64,000 bases of DNA from Alkalispirochaeta sp. GTDB taxonomy: Bacteria; Spirochaetota; Spirochaetia; DSM-27196; Alkalispirochaetaceae. Within the stretch, counting starts at the first letter, position 1, and the number at the start of each line of letters is the position of its first letter. The notes below the pieces were generated by a model. The model was not told where the DNA came from. It saw nothing but the letters and a program-made list of their open reading frames with translations, and searched no databases. Positions 29,522 through 39,772 of the stretch are shown here, piece by piece. The stretch is taken from NCBI GenBank assembly GCA_965601925.1, contig OZ271854.1, positions 4,608,001 to 4,672,000 on the forward strand, given 5' to 3'. A program made the position numbers and the translations under genes.

Positions 29522-31833
29522 ATGACGAGAGAGCATGGGCAACGAGTGACCGTATCTCGCCTCCTCACCGGGCCGAGTTCGCGTCTCTTTCTCCGCTTCT
29601 TCGCACCCTTTGCTCTCATCTCTGCATTGAGTCTTCTCTTCGGACTCATCACCTATCGACGCTCCTTGCAACTCATCGAAGCCGAGGTATCGCGCAACGC
29701 CTTGCACGTTCTCGACGAGGGCGTCCGCGTCGTAGACGCCTTGGTATCGCACGTCGGTACGATCGTCGATCACATCGCGACGAATCGGCACGTTGCCGAC
29801 CTACGCTTTCTTCCCGACCAATCGGCGGAGGAGGTGATCCCGTCGATCGTGGAGGCGCGCCATACGCTCTACAACTACCCCGTTACCAATGACTTCATCG
29901 AGGCGTACTTCGTCCTCTTGGAGAATGTCGCATACGTATTGAGCCCCGGACGCGTCTACACCTACGATTTTTTCTTCGATCACGTACTTCGCCTCGCCGA
30001 GCCGCCGCGGCCGGCGGTAGAAGCCCCCTTGAGGGCCGACGGCTTTTTGCCCTCGGCGCGCTACGCCGTCGCCGGTGGGACCAGAGATTTAATCCTGTTG
30101 ATACATAACGTCGGCGTGCCCGATCGTAGTCGCGCTACGATTCTCGTGACCCTCGACACCACCGCCATTTTGGAACTCTTTTCACCGATCGATACGGAGG
30201 TCGGCGAAGGTGTATTGATCTTTGACCGCGCCGGGGTACTTGTCGCCGGCAGTTCTGCGATCACTGAGATCCTCACCGCGGCGGAGCGACGAGATCTTTC
30301 CGGCGTCAACGGCGAGGGTGCGGTGCACATCGGCGAGCGCTCCTATCGTATCTTCTCGACCCGGTCGGTCGAGACCGGTTGGACCTTCCTCTCCCTTCAA
30401 CCCTTCGATGTAATCCCCGACAAGGTCGCCTACATCCGTACGATCGCGCTCCTATCCCTGACGGCCAATCTCGTCCTCGGGATGGTCATCGCCCTCCATT
30501 CGGCGTATTCCAACAGCCGCCCCCTCGCCGGCCTCTTGAGAGAGATGGAGGACGCCCTCGACGGGATACCGGGGGTACGTCATCGTCGCGTCCTCCGCGA
30601 TCCGATGCGCCGCATTGTGGAGGACTCCTCGGCGCTTCGACGCCGGCTGGAGATGCAGTCGCCGATCGTTCGTACCGCCTTTGTGCGTCGAGTGCTCTCG
30701 GGCGGCTTTGCTCCCGGAGAGGCGACGGAACCGTTCGTGTCGGATCTCTCGATCGACGCCGACGAGGCGTTCTTCGGCGTGCTGTGCGTACAGCCGGGCA
30801 CGGACGAGACGTCGAAATCGACGGCGCGTCGGGAGTGGCCCCTCTACCGTGCCGCGATCGAGGAGGTCGTCGGTGTTGCGTCGGCGGATACGTTCCGTCT
30901 CATCGACGTCCGCGAGTATGCGGTCAACGTCGTTGTGGGGTGTCGCGGCGGTCGGGACGAGACTCGCCGCACTCTGGAGAACGTCGCGCAAGATATACGC
31001 CTCGGCGTAAGCGGACCGGCACCGCCCTTCTCCATCGGTATCGGAGGCGTCTACCGCGGGCTGTGGGATGTCCACCGATCCTTTAGCGAGGCGCACGGGG
31101 CGGCGCGTCACGCCGCCTTTCACGGCGTCGCCGTGCAGCGCGCCGGGGGGCTGCCCACCTCGAGGCGTATCGAGTACTCGGTCCAACTCGAAGAGCAACT
31201 CATCACGTGCGCCTGCGCCGGAAAGATCGATCGCGTGCGTGAGCTTCTCCGTACGGTACGGGAACGAAACGTGATCTCTCGGGATCTCGGTCCGGAGCTG
31301 ACCTCACTCCTGATGCACGACCTCATGCGACGGCGCTCAAGGCGGAAGAGGCGGCAAAGCTCGACCCGCAGGACGGCTCCTCGGTCACCTGTGCCGACGG
31401 TCTCCTCTCCGGCGCCGGAGACGCCCAACACATCCATCGCTTCTTCGAACGGTTGGAGCACATCTTCGGCGATATCTGCGCACGAGTAGAGCTCCAGAAG
31501 CGAAGCCATAACCACCGCCTCGCCGAATCGATTCGTACGTACGTCGAGGAACACTTCACCGATCCGATGCTCTGTTTGGATGAGGTCGCCGACCGCTTTC
31601 ACGTATCGCGCTTTCATCTTTCTCAGTTTTATCGCGAGCAGACCGGAGAGCACTTCTCGAGTTGTGTCGAACGGCTCCGTACCGGACGGGCGAAGGAGCT
31701 CCTATCTCGTACCGAGCTCCCGGTCGGCGAGATCGTACGACGTACCGGGTACGGATCTCCCAACTCCTTCGCGCGCGCCTTCAAGCGCAATACGGGAACG
31801 ACGGCGACGGAATATCGCCGCATCAACCGATAA
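29522..31833 (+). pseudogene. Membrane-anchored AraC regulator, frameshifted at about 31327 (true pseudogene or sequencing error)
   Basis: The N-terminal ORF (2 TM segments) becomes nonsense after LLMHDLM. Restoring one G (ATG-GCG) joins it to ATALKAEEAAKLD...HTH (SFARAFKRNTG). Confidence 0.8.
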
Positions 31834-31870
31834 CGGCGTACGAAGTGAACCTCTTTAGCGACGGAGCGCC

Positions 31871-32806
31871 TTACGGACCGCCGGGCGGAGGCCCGTACCC
31901 CCCGGGGGCGATGTCGATACGGGCGAGACGTCGTTGCGTTTCCTCGTACACGTCCGGAGGTAGCGGCCCTCTCCGAGTCGCCCGGAGGTTGCTGAGAAGG
32001 TGCTCTTCTTTAGAGGTGCCGAGAATTCCCACAGCGACGGCAGGGTGCGTCAGGGCGTAACGGATGAGAAATGAGCGTCGGTCCTCTCCGTCCTCCGTAC
32101 ACTCAGACAGACCGACTCGGGAGAACAACTCGTCAAAATCGGGACGATAGTCGCGCACCATACCGCGGATGACGACGGCGAGCCCCTTCTCGGCGGCGCC
32201 GCGTATCGCCTCTTCGCTCGTCCTCGCCATCCCTCCGTAGACGATCTGTACCATATCAAAGACGCCCCACGTCTCGTACTCCCGAATACAGCGAAAGCCG
32301 TGAGCCGTCGGATAGCCCTCCTCGGTTTTGGGACCGTGCCGGAGACTGGCGCCGATGTAGCGGACCTTTCCCTCGCGTTTCATCTCAAACATCGTCTGTA
32401 CGACCTCACCCGCGACGCCCCCCTCCAGCTGGTCGGGCAGCGCGCCGTGGAGCTGCCACACATCGAGGTAATCGGTCTTGAGGAGTGAGAGACTCGATTC
32501 GATATTCCGCCGTAGGGTGGCGGCGTCCCACGTGTGGACGTGCCTGCTCCCGGGCCGATCGAGGTGGGGATTGCACCCGCACTTGCTGGCGAGATAGAAC
32601 TCGCCCCGCCGGCGGCGGAGCGCCTTGCCGATCTTCTCCTCGCTCGTCTTGTAGTCCGGAGAGGTGTCGATATAGTTGATACCCTCGTCAAGGACGCGGT
32701 GCAATAAGCGCTCCGACTCTCTTTCGTCGATGCGCTTGAGCTCCATGGCGCCGAACCCCAACGGAGATACCCGCATATCGGTGCGGCCGAACTGTCTCTG
32801 GGTCAT
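31871..32806 (-). CDS. Aldo/keto reductase
   Basis: LGFGAM, DTSPDY, ASKCG, QLH and ILGT motifs. Confidence 0.9.
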   Translation of the reverse strand: MTQRQFGRTDMRVSPLGFGAMELKRIDERESERLLHRVLDEGINYIDTSPDYKTSEEKIGKALRRRRGEFYLASKCGCNPHLDRPGSRHVHTWDAATLRRNIESSLSLLKTDYLDVWQLHGALPDQLEGGVAGEVVQTMFEMKREGKVRYIGASLRHGPKTEEGYPTAHGFRCIREYETWGVFDMVQIVYGGMARTSEEAIRGAAEKGLAVVIRGMVRDYRPDFDELFSRVGLSECTEDGEDRRSFLIRYALTHPAVAVGILGTSKEEHLLSNLRATRRGPLPPDVYEETQRRLARIDIAPGGYGPPPGGP

Positions 32807-32845
32807 GAGTATATCCTTTGCTCTGGGTCATGAGTATATCCTTTG
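32796..32845. repeat. Perfect 25-bp tandem duplication CTCTGGGTCATGAGTATATCCTTTG x2
   Basis: 32796-32820 is identical to 32821-32845. It covers the AKR RBS and start codon. Confidence 0.97.
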
Positions 32846-32886
32846 ATTCGATGATGGGACGGTCGGCGGGGAATGTAAACTTCGAA

Positions 32887-32907
32887 TTTCGCGTGTATCA
32901 CGCGAAA
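32887..32907. promoter_or_regulatory. Perfect 9-bp inverted repeat TTTCGCGTG-TAT-CACGCGAAA between divergent promoters
   Basis: Seen in sequence. An operator role is inferred. Confidence 0.5.
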
Positions 32908-32925
32908 ATGCGCTGCCGTTAAAGG

Positions 32926-32980
32926 GTAGAAATATCCAATGATTGAAGTTTACGCACGCCATCGAGGCGATGCAAAATAG
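32926..32980 (+). promoter_or_regulatory. Promoter/operator GTAGAAA-N14-AGTTTACGC-N17-CAAAATAG
   Basis: A near-identical architecture recurs at 36841-36894. Confidence 0.6.
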
Positions 32981-33003
32981 GGTACCCTCACGGGGCCGCG
33001 ACC

Positions 33004-34800
33004 ATGCATCGACGCGACGGTACCTTTCGCACCATCGTCCACTTTCTGCGCCGCCTCGCACCGTACCGCCTGCGCATTGCGGGCACGTACGGGATGATGG
33101 TCGCGGTGGCGGTCATTTCCCTGGCGATACCGCAGTTCATCCGCTGGATCGTCGACCGCGGCATACGGGGCGCGGACACGCGCGTCCTGGCCTCTTCGGT
33201 GGTCGCGCTCCTGGCGCTGGCGGCGGCGCGCGCCGTGGGTGTCTACCTACAGGGGCGATGGTCGGAGATCGCCTCCCAAGGGGTGGCCTACGATCTCCGG
33301 GAGGCGCTCCACCGCAAACTCTCGTCACTCTCTTTTGCGTACCACGACGGCGCCGACACCGGCCAGCTTCTGTCGCGCTCGATTCAAGACGTCGAACGTA
33401 TCCGTTTTCTCACCGGACGAGCGTTTCTCCGCGTGGTCGAGGGTACCGTGCTCGTCGTCGCGACGGCGATCGTACTCATCGTCATGGACGCGCGCCTCGC
33501 GACGGTCTCCTTGGCGATCCTTCCGATTCTCGGATATCAGTCCTACCGCTACGGGAGTCGCATCCGTCCACTCTCGATTACGATTCAGGAGCAACTCGGA
33601 GCGCTAACGAGTCGCGTGCAGCAAAATCTCGCCGGGATGAGGATCGTCAAGGCGTACGCCCTCGAGGAGTCGGAGATCAAACGGTTCGAGGCGGAAAACG
33701 AATCGTGGCTCGCCGTCTCGTACAAGGCGGCCAGTCTCGAGGCGGTGCAACACCCCCTTTTGCAGCTCCTCGCCAACCTCGGCACCGTCGCAGTGGTCCT
33801 CTTCGGAGGCTGGGCGGTCATACGAGGACGCTTGAGTATGGGTGAGTTCGTCGCCTTCAACACATATCTCGCACAGCTCGTTATGCCGGTGCGGAGGATC
33901 GGAAACGTGATTCCCGCCCTCAGCATCGCCGGCGTCGCCGGTGAACGCATCCTTGAGATTCTGGAGGCCGAGTCGGAGGTGAGCGAGCGTCCCGATGCAA
34001 TCGAGCTGACGACCGTCGACGGAGTCGTGAGCTTCCAGGAGGTATCCTTCTCCTACTTTGCCCGCCACGCCGTACTGCGGGATGTCACATTCACCGCGCG
34101 TCCCGGACAAGTCGTCGCGCTGGTCGGCGGCCCCGGGTCGGGTAAGTCGACGATCATCAATTTGATACCGCGCTTCTACGACCCCGATGCCGGATCGATC
34201 CTCATAGACGATTGCGATATTCGCGCATTCACCCTCACCTCTCTGAGACGTCATATCGGTATCGTTCTCCAGGAGACCTTCCTCTTCGCCGGCACGGTAC
34301 GGGAAAACATCGCCTTCGGGAGGCCCGAGGCGACCGCTGCGGATATCGAGGCGGCCGCTGCGGCGGCTCAGGCGGCGGAGTTCATCGAGCTCCTCCCCCG
34401 ACGGTACGATACGCCGGTCGGGGAGCGCGGAATTACCCTCTCGGGCGGACAAAAACAGCGTATCGCCATCGCTCGGGCGCTTCTCCTCGATCCCAAAGTC
34501 CTCATCCTCGACGACGCCACCTCCAGCGTCGACGCCGGCACGGAGCGACTCATCCGTCGAGCGTTGGAGACCCTCATGCGGGGACGGACCAGCTTCGTCA
34601 TCGCCCACCGTCTGGCGACGGTGGTGGGAGCCGATACAATCCTCGTGATGGAACGCGGTCGCGTCGTCGCCACGGGGAGACACGAGGAGCTCCTTCGCAC
34701 CTCCGGCGCGTATGTGGAGATCTTCCGGACGCAGTATCGCGACGACGGACCGGAACGCTCCGATCCGGTACACTCGGGCGGGGAGCGAATCGGTGAGTAG
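33004..34800 (+). CDS. ABC exporter TMD-NBD half transporter (degenerate Walker B)
   Basis: 6 TM segments, GPGSGKST, LSGGQ, ILDDAT and IAHRL motifs. Confidence 0.93.
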   Translation: MHRRDGTFRTIVHFLRRLAPYRLRIAGTYGMMVAVAVISLAIPQFIRWIVDRGIRGADTRVLASSVVALLALAAARAVGVYLQGRWSEIASQGVAYDLREALHRKLSSLSFAYHDGADTGQLLSRSIQDVERIRFLTGRAFLRVVEGTVLVVATAIVLIVMDARLATVSLAILPILGYQSYRYGSRIRPLSITIQEQLGALTSRVQQNLAGMRIVKAYALEESEIKRFEAENESWLAVSYKAASLEAVQHPLLQLLANLGTVAVVLFGGWAVIRGRLSMGEFVAFNTYLAQLVMPVRRIGNVIPALSIAGVAGERILEILEAESEVSERPDAIELTTVDGVVSFQEVSFSYFARHAVLRDVTFTARPGQVVALVGGPGSGKSTIINLIPRFYDPDAGSILIDDCDIRAFTLTSLRRHIGIVLQETFLFAGTVRENIAFGRPEATAADIEAAAAAAQAAEFIELLPRRYDTPVGERGITLSGGQKQRIAIARALLLDPKVLILDDATSSVDAGTERLIRRALETLMRGRTSFVIAHRLATVVGADTILVMERGRVVATGRHEELLRTSGAYVEIFRTQYRDDGPERSDPVHSGGERIGE

Positions 34801-36610
34801 TGCGTTCGGTTTCGGCGGTGTGGGCGGCGGCCCCAAAGCGCTCATTAGACAGTTCGGCAAGGGAGACGATGACGGCTCGGTCGGTGTGAAGACGTTTGTG
34901 CGACTCCTTGCGTTCCTCGCACCGTACCGGCGCACCATGGCTTTGTCCGTGCTCTCGATGGCGGTCTCCACCGTCCTCACCATCGCGGTGCCGTGGTATC
35001 TCAAAATCGCCATCGACCGGCACATCGCCGGCGGCGACTTCTACGGTCTTCTCACCATTTCACTAATCATCGTGCTCCTTTTCGTGCTCATATTCGCCTT
35101 CGGCGCGCTTCAAGGGTACCTGCTCTCCCGCGTCGGCCACCGCCTCCTCTCCGATCTGCGCCGTATGCTCTTTACCCACCTCCAGGAGTTATCCTTGGGC
35201 TACCACACCACGCACATCGCCGGAGTGACCATTTCGCGCATTATCGGCGACGTGGCGGTGATTAAGGACCTTCTCTCTCAAGGGGTAGTGACGCTAATCG
35301 GCGATGTCTTTATCCTCAGCGGCGTCGTTACCATCATGTTGACCATGGACGTACGCCTCGCCCTTGCAAGCTTCACCGTGGTGCCGATCATGGTCGTGGT
35401 TACCCTCCTCTTCTCCCGGAGGGCCAAGCGGGCATTTCGGGAGACGCGACGCGGCGTGGCTGCGGTAGTCGGCGGCCTCGCGGAGAACATATCGGGGATG
35501 CGTATCATCCAGGCCTTCGGGCAAGAGGAGTCGATCCTCGACCGTTTCGGCTCGGCAAATCAACGCAACCGAGACGCCCATGTGGCGGCGATGTCGCTCT
35601 CCTTCACCTTTATCCCTTCGGTCGAGTTTCTGGGCGTGTGCGCGACGGCGATCGTCCTCGCGTACGGCGGCGTGGGCGTCATCGCCGGAAACCTCACACT
35701 CGGCGTTCTGGTGGCCTTCCTCTCCTATATTTCGCGCCTCTTTCAACCGCTCCAGGAGCTGGGCCAGCTCTTTGCCACATTGCAGGCCGCATTGGCCGGA
35801 GGACAACGGATCCTCGATTTTCTCGACATCGAGCCCGCGGTCGTCGACGCTCCGAACGCCGCGGAAGTCGGCCGGATACGGGGGACTATCGCGTTTCGAG
35901 GCGTCACCTTCTCCTACAACCCGGGAGAGCCGGTGCTCCACGATCTCACCTTCCGCCTCAACGCCGGAGAGACCGTCGCAATCGTCGGCAAGACCGGTTC
36001 CGGTAAGACGACGATCATCAACTTGGTTGCCCGCTTTTACGACGTCGACAGCGGGGCCGTGACGGTGGACGGCACGGACGTACGCGCCGTGACGCAACGA
36101 TCACTCCGCCGCAATCTGGGCCTCGTGAGTCAGGACCCCTTTCTCTTCCCCGGGACTATCGAAGAGAACATTCGCCTCTCCGACGTACACGGAGAGCGCG
36201 GACACGTCGAGGAGGCGGCGCGCGCCGCCGCGGCCCACGACTTCATCTCGACGCTCCCCGAGGGTTACCGGACCGTCGTGTTGGAAAACGGGAGCAATCT
36301 CTCCACGGGACAGAAACAACTCATTTCCATCGCCCGCGCGATCTACGCCGATCCGCGCGTCATCGTGCTCGACGAGGCGACCGCCAACGTCGATACGGTC
36401 ACGGAGCAGAAGATCCAACGCGGACTCGACCGCCTCTTCGCCGGACGCACGGCGGTGGTAGTGGCGCATCGCTTGAGCACCGTGCTGAGCGCCGACCGCA
36501 TCATCGTCCTCGCCGCGGGGCGTATGCTCGACTACGGTCCGCACCGGGAACTCCTCGACCGCTGCGACACGTACCGCATTATGTACGAGTCGCAGTTCGT
36601 GGAGCGCTGA
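34793..36610 (+). CDS. ABC exporter TMD-NBD half transporter (heterodimer partner)
   Basis: GKTGSGKT, LSTGQ, LDEAT and AHRL motifs. GTG start at 34793. Confidence 0.93.
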   Translation: MSSAFGFGGVGGGPKALIRQFGKGDDDGSVGVKTFVRLLAFLAPYRRTMALSVLSMAVSTVLTIAVPWYLKIAIDRHIAGGDFYGLLTISLIIVLLFVLIFAFGALQGYLLSRVGHRLLSDLRRMLFTHLQELSLGYHTTHIAGVTISRIIGDVAVIKDLLSQGVVTLIGDVFILSGVVTIMLTMDVRLALASFTVVPIMVVVTLLFSRRAKRAFRETRRGVAAVVGGLAENISGMRIIQAFGQEESILDRFGSANQRNRDAHVAAMSLSFTFIPSVEFLGVCATAIVLAYGGVGVIAGNLTLGVLVAFLSYISRLFQPLQELGQLFATLQAALAGGQRILDFLDIEPAVVDAPNAAEVGRIRGTIAFRGVTFSYNPGEPVLHDLTFRLNAGETVAIVGKTGSGKTTIINLVARFYDVDSGAVTVDGTDVRAVTQRSLRRNLGLVSQDPFLFPGTIEENIRLSDVHGERGHVEEAARAAAAHDFISTLPEGYRTVVLENGSNLSTGQKQLISIARAIYADPRVIVLDEATANVDTVTEQKIQRGLDRLFAGRTAVVVAHRLSTVLSADRIIVLAAGRMLDYGPHRELLDRCDTYRIMYESQFVER

Positions 36611-36840
36611 TAGATACCGCCTACCGAGTGGATCGCCGCTCCGTCCCTTTCGTTACGTGATTCTCAAGAACTGCGGCGTCAACGTCGTTTGGCATAAACC
36701 CGTAAGAGCATCCGCTATTGCCGAGGTGGAGAGTAACTGCGTGCCCGGGCGCAAATGCCGCTACCGTGCCGGCGTATCGGTCGGTATGGGACGATGCGCC
36801 GATCTCGCGATTCCGTCCCCGGCCCGTCGACATCAGTTTT

Positions 36841-36894
36841 GTAGAAAATCACACATTGTCGAGTTTACGCGACGCTGCGACGCCGCCAAAATAG
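36841..36894 (+). promoter_or_regulatory. Promoter/operator GTAGAAA-N14-AGTTTACGC-N16-CAAAATAG
   Basis: Second copy of the 32926 motif, with TTTACG-N17-CAAAAT spacing. Confidence 0.6.
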
Positions 36895-36908
36895 ACGAGA
36901 ACATCGAA

Positions 36909-37330
36909 ATGAGAAAAGGGCTACGTGGAAAAGAGTCCAGAATCGGCGGACGGTTGCGAATCGTACAGGTAAGTCTTCTCATGGCGGACACCGAAACGTG
37001 TCGATCCGCCGCGTATTGTGCGCCGACTCAAACGGGGACGGTAGGCCAATGCCGTCGTCTTCAACGCCCGCGGTGCATACGCGCAGCGTCCCACAGCAAT
37101 CCCGTTGCAACCCGCCGATCCATGTCTCGAGGCGGGCCGGGACCTGCTGGGTGAGACGATCGATGCGGCACGCGGCGAGGGCTTGCACTCCATCGCGCGT
37201 GTGGACCTCAGCAGTGCCGACGGCTCGCAGTAGTCGGTGGGTCTATGCGAGTCGGCCCGACGAGGAAGGGCGGACGTGGCTCGCGCGCCAGGAGAGCGTC
37301 GGGCGCTACGGCTCCCGGCCGACCGCGACG
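36909..37330 (+). pseudogene. Decayed N-terminal fragment of a GHL6-like glycoside hydrolase
   Basis: Stitched frames read RLRIVQVSL / VDPPRIVRRLK..*ANAVVFNARGAYAQRPT..DPCLEAGRDLLGETIDAARGEGLHSIARVDLS / VYASRPD. Stops at 37042 and 37231. Confidence 0.65.
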
Positions 37331-37380
37331 TCCGGACGTCGGCAATGCAAACCTCCCCGGTGAAAGGCGGAAGAAACTGC

Positions 37381-38412
37381 ATGGATGAGCTATTGCGCCT
37401 CATTGGTGATGTGAGTTTCGTTCTATTGTGCGCCGTCCTCGTCGTCTCCCTCGTCGCGGTTCTCAAGGGCGCCGATTTTCTCGTCGACGGGGGTGTCGCT
37501 CTCTCGATCAATTGGGGCGTGCCCACGATGCTCATCGGGGCCACGATCGTCAGCCTGGGGACGACCCTCCCGGAGACGGTGGTAAGCGTCCTGGCCGCGT
37601 TGCGCGGAGCGCCGGGCCTCGCCTTGGGTAACGCCGTGGGATCGATCATCGCCAACGGCGGTCTCATTTTAGGTATCGCCACGATGATCCGTCCGATCCA
37701 CGTCGAGGCGAGTATGGTCGGCCGTCAGAACGCCGTCTCCTTCGGGAGCGCAATCCTGCTCGTTTTGCTGAGCGTCCCGTATCTCTCCCTCGAACAGATG
37801 TTTTCCGCCGGCGGGAGGCTTCCCCAAGGGGTGGGAATCGCCTTCGTCGTTTTGTTGGGTCTGTACATATGGCAAACGCTACGCCGGTCACGCTCCGCTC
37901 CCGGCGGTGAACCCGATGGAGATGCCCCTACGGTGGCCGGCGAGACGCGAAGTACCGTTGTCTCAATCGCCTACATTGCGGTGGGGCTCACGTTCGTCGT
38001 GGCCGGCTCATGGATACTGATACCGACCGTCGGCCAGATCGCCACACGCCTGGGTATTCCCGACGCGATCATCGCCGCCACCTTAGTCGCCTTCGGGACC
38101 TCCTTGCCGGAGCTCGCTACGGCGGTTACCGCGGCGCGTAAGGGACACGGCGAGCTCGCCTTAGGCAATGTGATCGGCGCAAACATTTTGAATGTGCTGT
38201 TCGTCAGTGGGGCGAGCGCAGCGGTAACGTCGGGCGGTCTCCACGTTCCACCGCCCTTCTTCTATCTTTTTTTTCCATCGATGATTTTTATCGTCTCGCT
38301 CCTGGGCCTCGGAGTGGTTCGTCACAAAGGAGCGCTGGGCCACAAATTCGGCGCGGTGCTACTCGGCGCCTACGTCTTGACCGTGGTGGCGGGTTACGTC
38401 GTGCCGAACTAA
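37381..38412 (+). CDS. Calcium/sodium antiporter (YrbG/CaCA family)
   Basis: Two alpha repeats: GTTLPE...GNAVGS and GTSLPE...GNVIGAN. Confidence 0.92.
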   Translation: MDELLRLIGDVSFVLLCAVLVVSLVAVLKGADFLVDGGVALSINWGVPTMLIGATIVSLGTTLPETVVSVLAALRGAPGLALGNAVGSIIANGGLILGIATMIRPIHVEASMVGRQNAVSFGSAILLVLLSVPYLSLEQMFSAGGRLPQGVGIAFVVLLGLYIWQTLRRSRSAPGGEPDGDAPTVAGETRSTVVSIAYIAVGLTFVVAGSWILIPTVGQIATRLGIPDAIIAATLVAFGTSLPELATAVTAARKGHGELALGNVIGANILNVLFVSGASAAVTSGGLHVPPPFFYLFFPSMIFIVSLLGLGVVRHKGALGHKFGAVLLGAYVLTVVAGYVVPN

Positions 38413-38451
38413 ATCGTATCGACGGCGGATGAGACGCCGCCGTAGGAGGTA

Positions 38452-39726
38452 TTGAATATGGACTTGATTGCCGGTGCCGAGGCGTTGTTGGAGGAGTTCA
38501 AAGATGGTCGCTATGTGTACGGCGCGGGAGTCCTCTCAAAAGCGGGAAGGGTCGCGAGACGCGCCGGGAAGCGCGCGGCGATCGTGAGAGGGACCTTTCC
38601 CGGAAGCGACGGGTACGTGGCGACGGTTCGTGAATCGATGGCCGAGGCGGGTGTCGAGATCATCGCGGAGATCAAAGGTGCGCGTCCCAACGCCCCCGTG
38701 GAGGACTTGACGCGCATTACCGATGAGCTCACGCTCGCCGATCCCGACGTTCTGGTAAGTTTCGGAGGCGGCAGCACCATAGACGCCGTAAAGGCGGCGG
38801 AGGTACTGAGAACCGCAGGCGGCACTATCGAAGACTATTTCGGCACCGCCCTGGTGACCGGAGCGATCGAGAAAGGATGCCCATCACTTACCCCCCACGT
38901 CGCCATTCAGACGGCGGCGAGTTCCGGCGCCCACTTGAGCAAGTATTCCAATATCACCGACGTCGCCACGGGGCAGAAAAAACTCATCGTCGACGAGGCG
39001 ATCGTACCGGAACATCCTATGTTCGACTTTTCGGTGACCTACGACGCCCCCCGAAGCTTGACGATGGACGGCGCATTAGACGGGATCTCCCATTGCCTGG
39101 AGGTGCTCTACGGTGCCGTCGGCACGGCGTCGTACGGCAAAATTCGAGAGGTTGCCTCCATCGGCATCAACCTGGTAGTCGAATACTTACCTCGGGCGAT
39201 CGCCGGGACGACCGACACCGCCGCCCGAGACGCCCTCTGCCTCGCCACCGATCTCGGCGGATACGCCATTATGCTCGGCGGAACCAACGGGGGGCACCTG
39301 ACCAGCTTCTCCCTCGTAGACGTGCTGAGCCACGGCCGGGCGTGCGCTATGATGAACCCGTACTACACGGTGTTCTTTGCGCCGGCGATCGAGGAGCCGT
39401 TACGCATGGTGGGTGACATCTATCGTACTGCGGGCTTCACCGACGCCGACATATCTACGCTATCCGGTAGGGATCTTGGTGTGGCGGTGGCGGAAGGGAT
39501 GTTCGAGTTCGCCCGACGAATCGGTTTTCCGACCCGTTTGGGAGAGGTGCCGGGATTCTCCGACGCCCACATCGAGCGAGCACTGTCGGCGGCAAAAAAC
39601 CCGCAGCTGGAGATGAAGCTTAAGAATATGCCGGTATCGCTGAACGCGGGAATGATCGATGAGTACATGTCACCCATTTTGACCGGGGCGCGTGACGGTA
39701 CCATAGAGATCATCAAAAACGTGTAA
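38452..39726 (+). CDS. Iron-containing alcohol dehydrogenase family protein
   Basis: GGGSTID, DGISHCLE, GHLTS and SHGRAC motifs. RBS AGGAGG. Start at 38452 (TTG) or 38458 (ATG). Confidence 0.88.
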   Translation: MNMDLIAGAEALLEEFKDGRYVYGAGVLSKAGRVARRAGKRAAIVRGTFPGSDGYVATVRESMAEAGVEIIAEIKGARPNAPVEDLTRITDELTLADPDVLVSFGGGSTIDAVKAAEVLRTAGGTIEDYFGTALVTGAIEKGCPSLTPHVAIQTAASSGAHLSKYSNITDVATGQKKLIVDEAIVPEHPMFDFSVTYDAPRSLTMDGALDGISHCLEVLYGAVGTASYGKIREVASIGINLVVEYLPRAIAGTTDTAARDALCLATDLGGYAIMLGGTNGGHLTSFSLVDVLSHGRACAMMNPYYTVFFAPAIEEPLRMVGDIYRTAGFTDADISTLSGRDLGVAVAEGMFEFARRIGFPTRLGEVPGFSDAHIERALSAAKNPQLEMKLKNMPVSLNAGMIDEYMSPILTGARDGTIEIIKNV

Positions 39727-39772
39727 ATCGGCGCCGGCCGGCGACGCGTGCCGGACGAGAGGAGAGACGAGC

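Noticed and set aside
31300..31345. Programmed ribosomal frameshift in the AraC gene
   Set aside because: There is no slippery sequence or homopolymer tract. A one-base deletion explains it.
33004..36610. Degenerate Walker B (DD) and LSTGQ signature in the ABC pair
   Set aside because: This is the normal asymmetry of heterodimeric exporters such as TM287/288, so it is not novel.
36621..36833. 70-aa minus-strand ORF (…APGHAVTLHLGNSG…)
   Set aside because: It could be a gene scrap, but it has no RBS and no family I can recognise, so it is unsupported.
36657..37154. 165-aa Cys-rich ORF
   Set aside because: Only the 36909-36995 part looks coding, as the start of the GH pseudogene. The rest is off-frame or promoter DNA.
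37340..37378. GCAAACC...GAAAGG resembling a c-di-GMP-I riboswitch
   Set aside because: It lacks the following GACGCAAA segment and the second stem.
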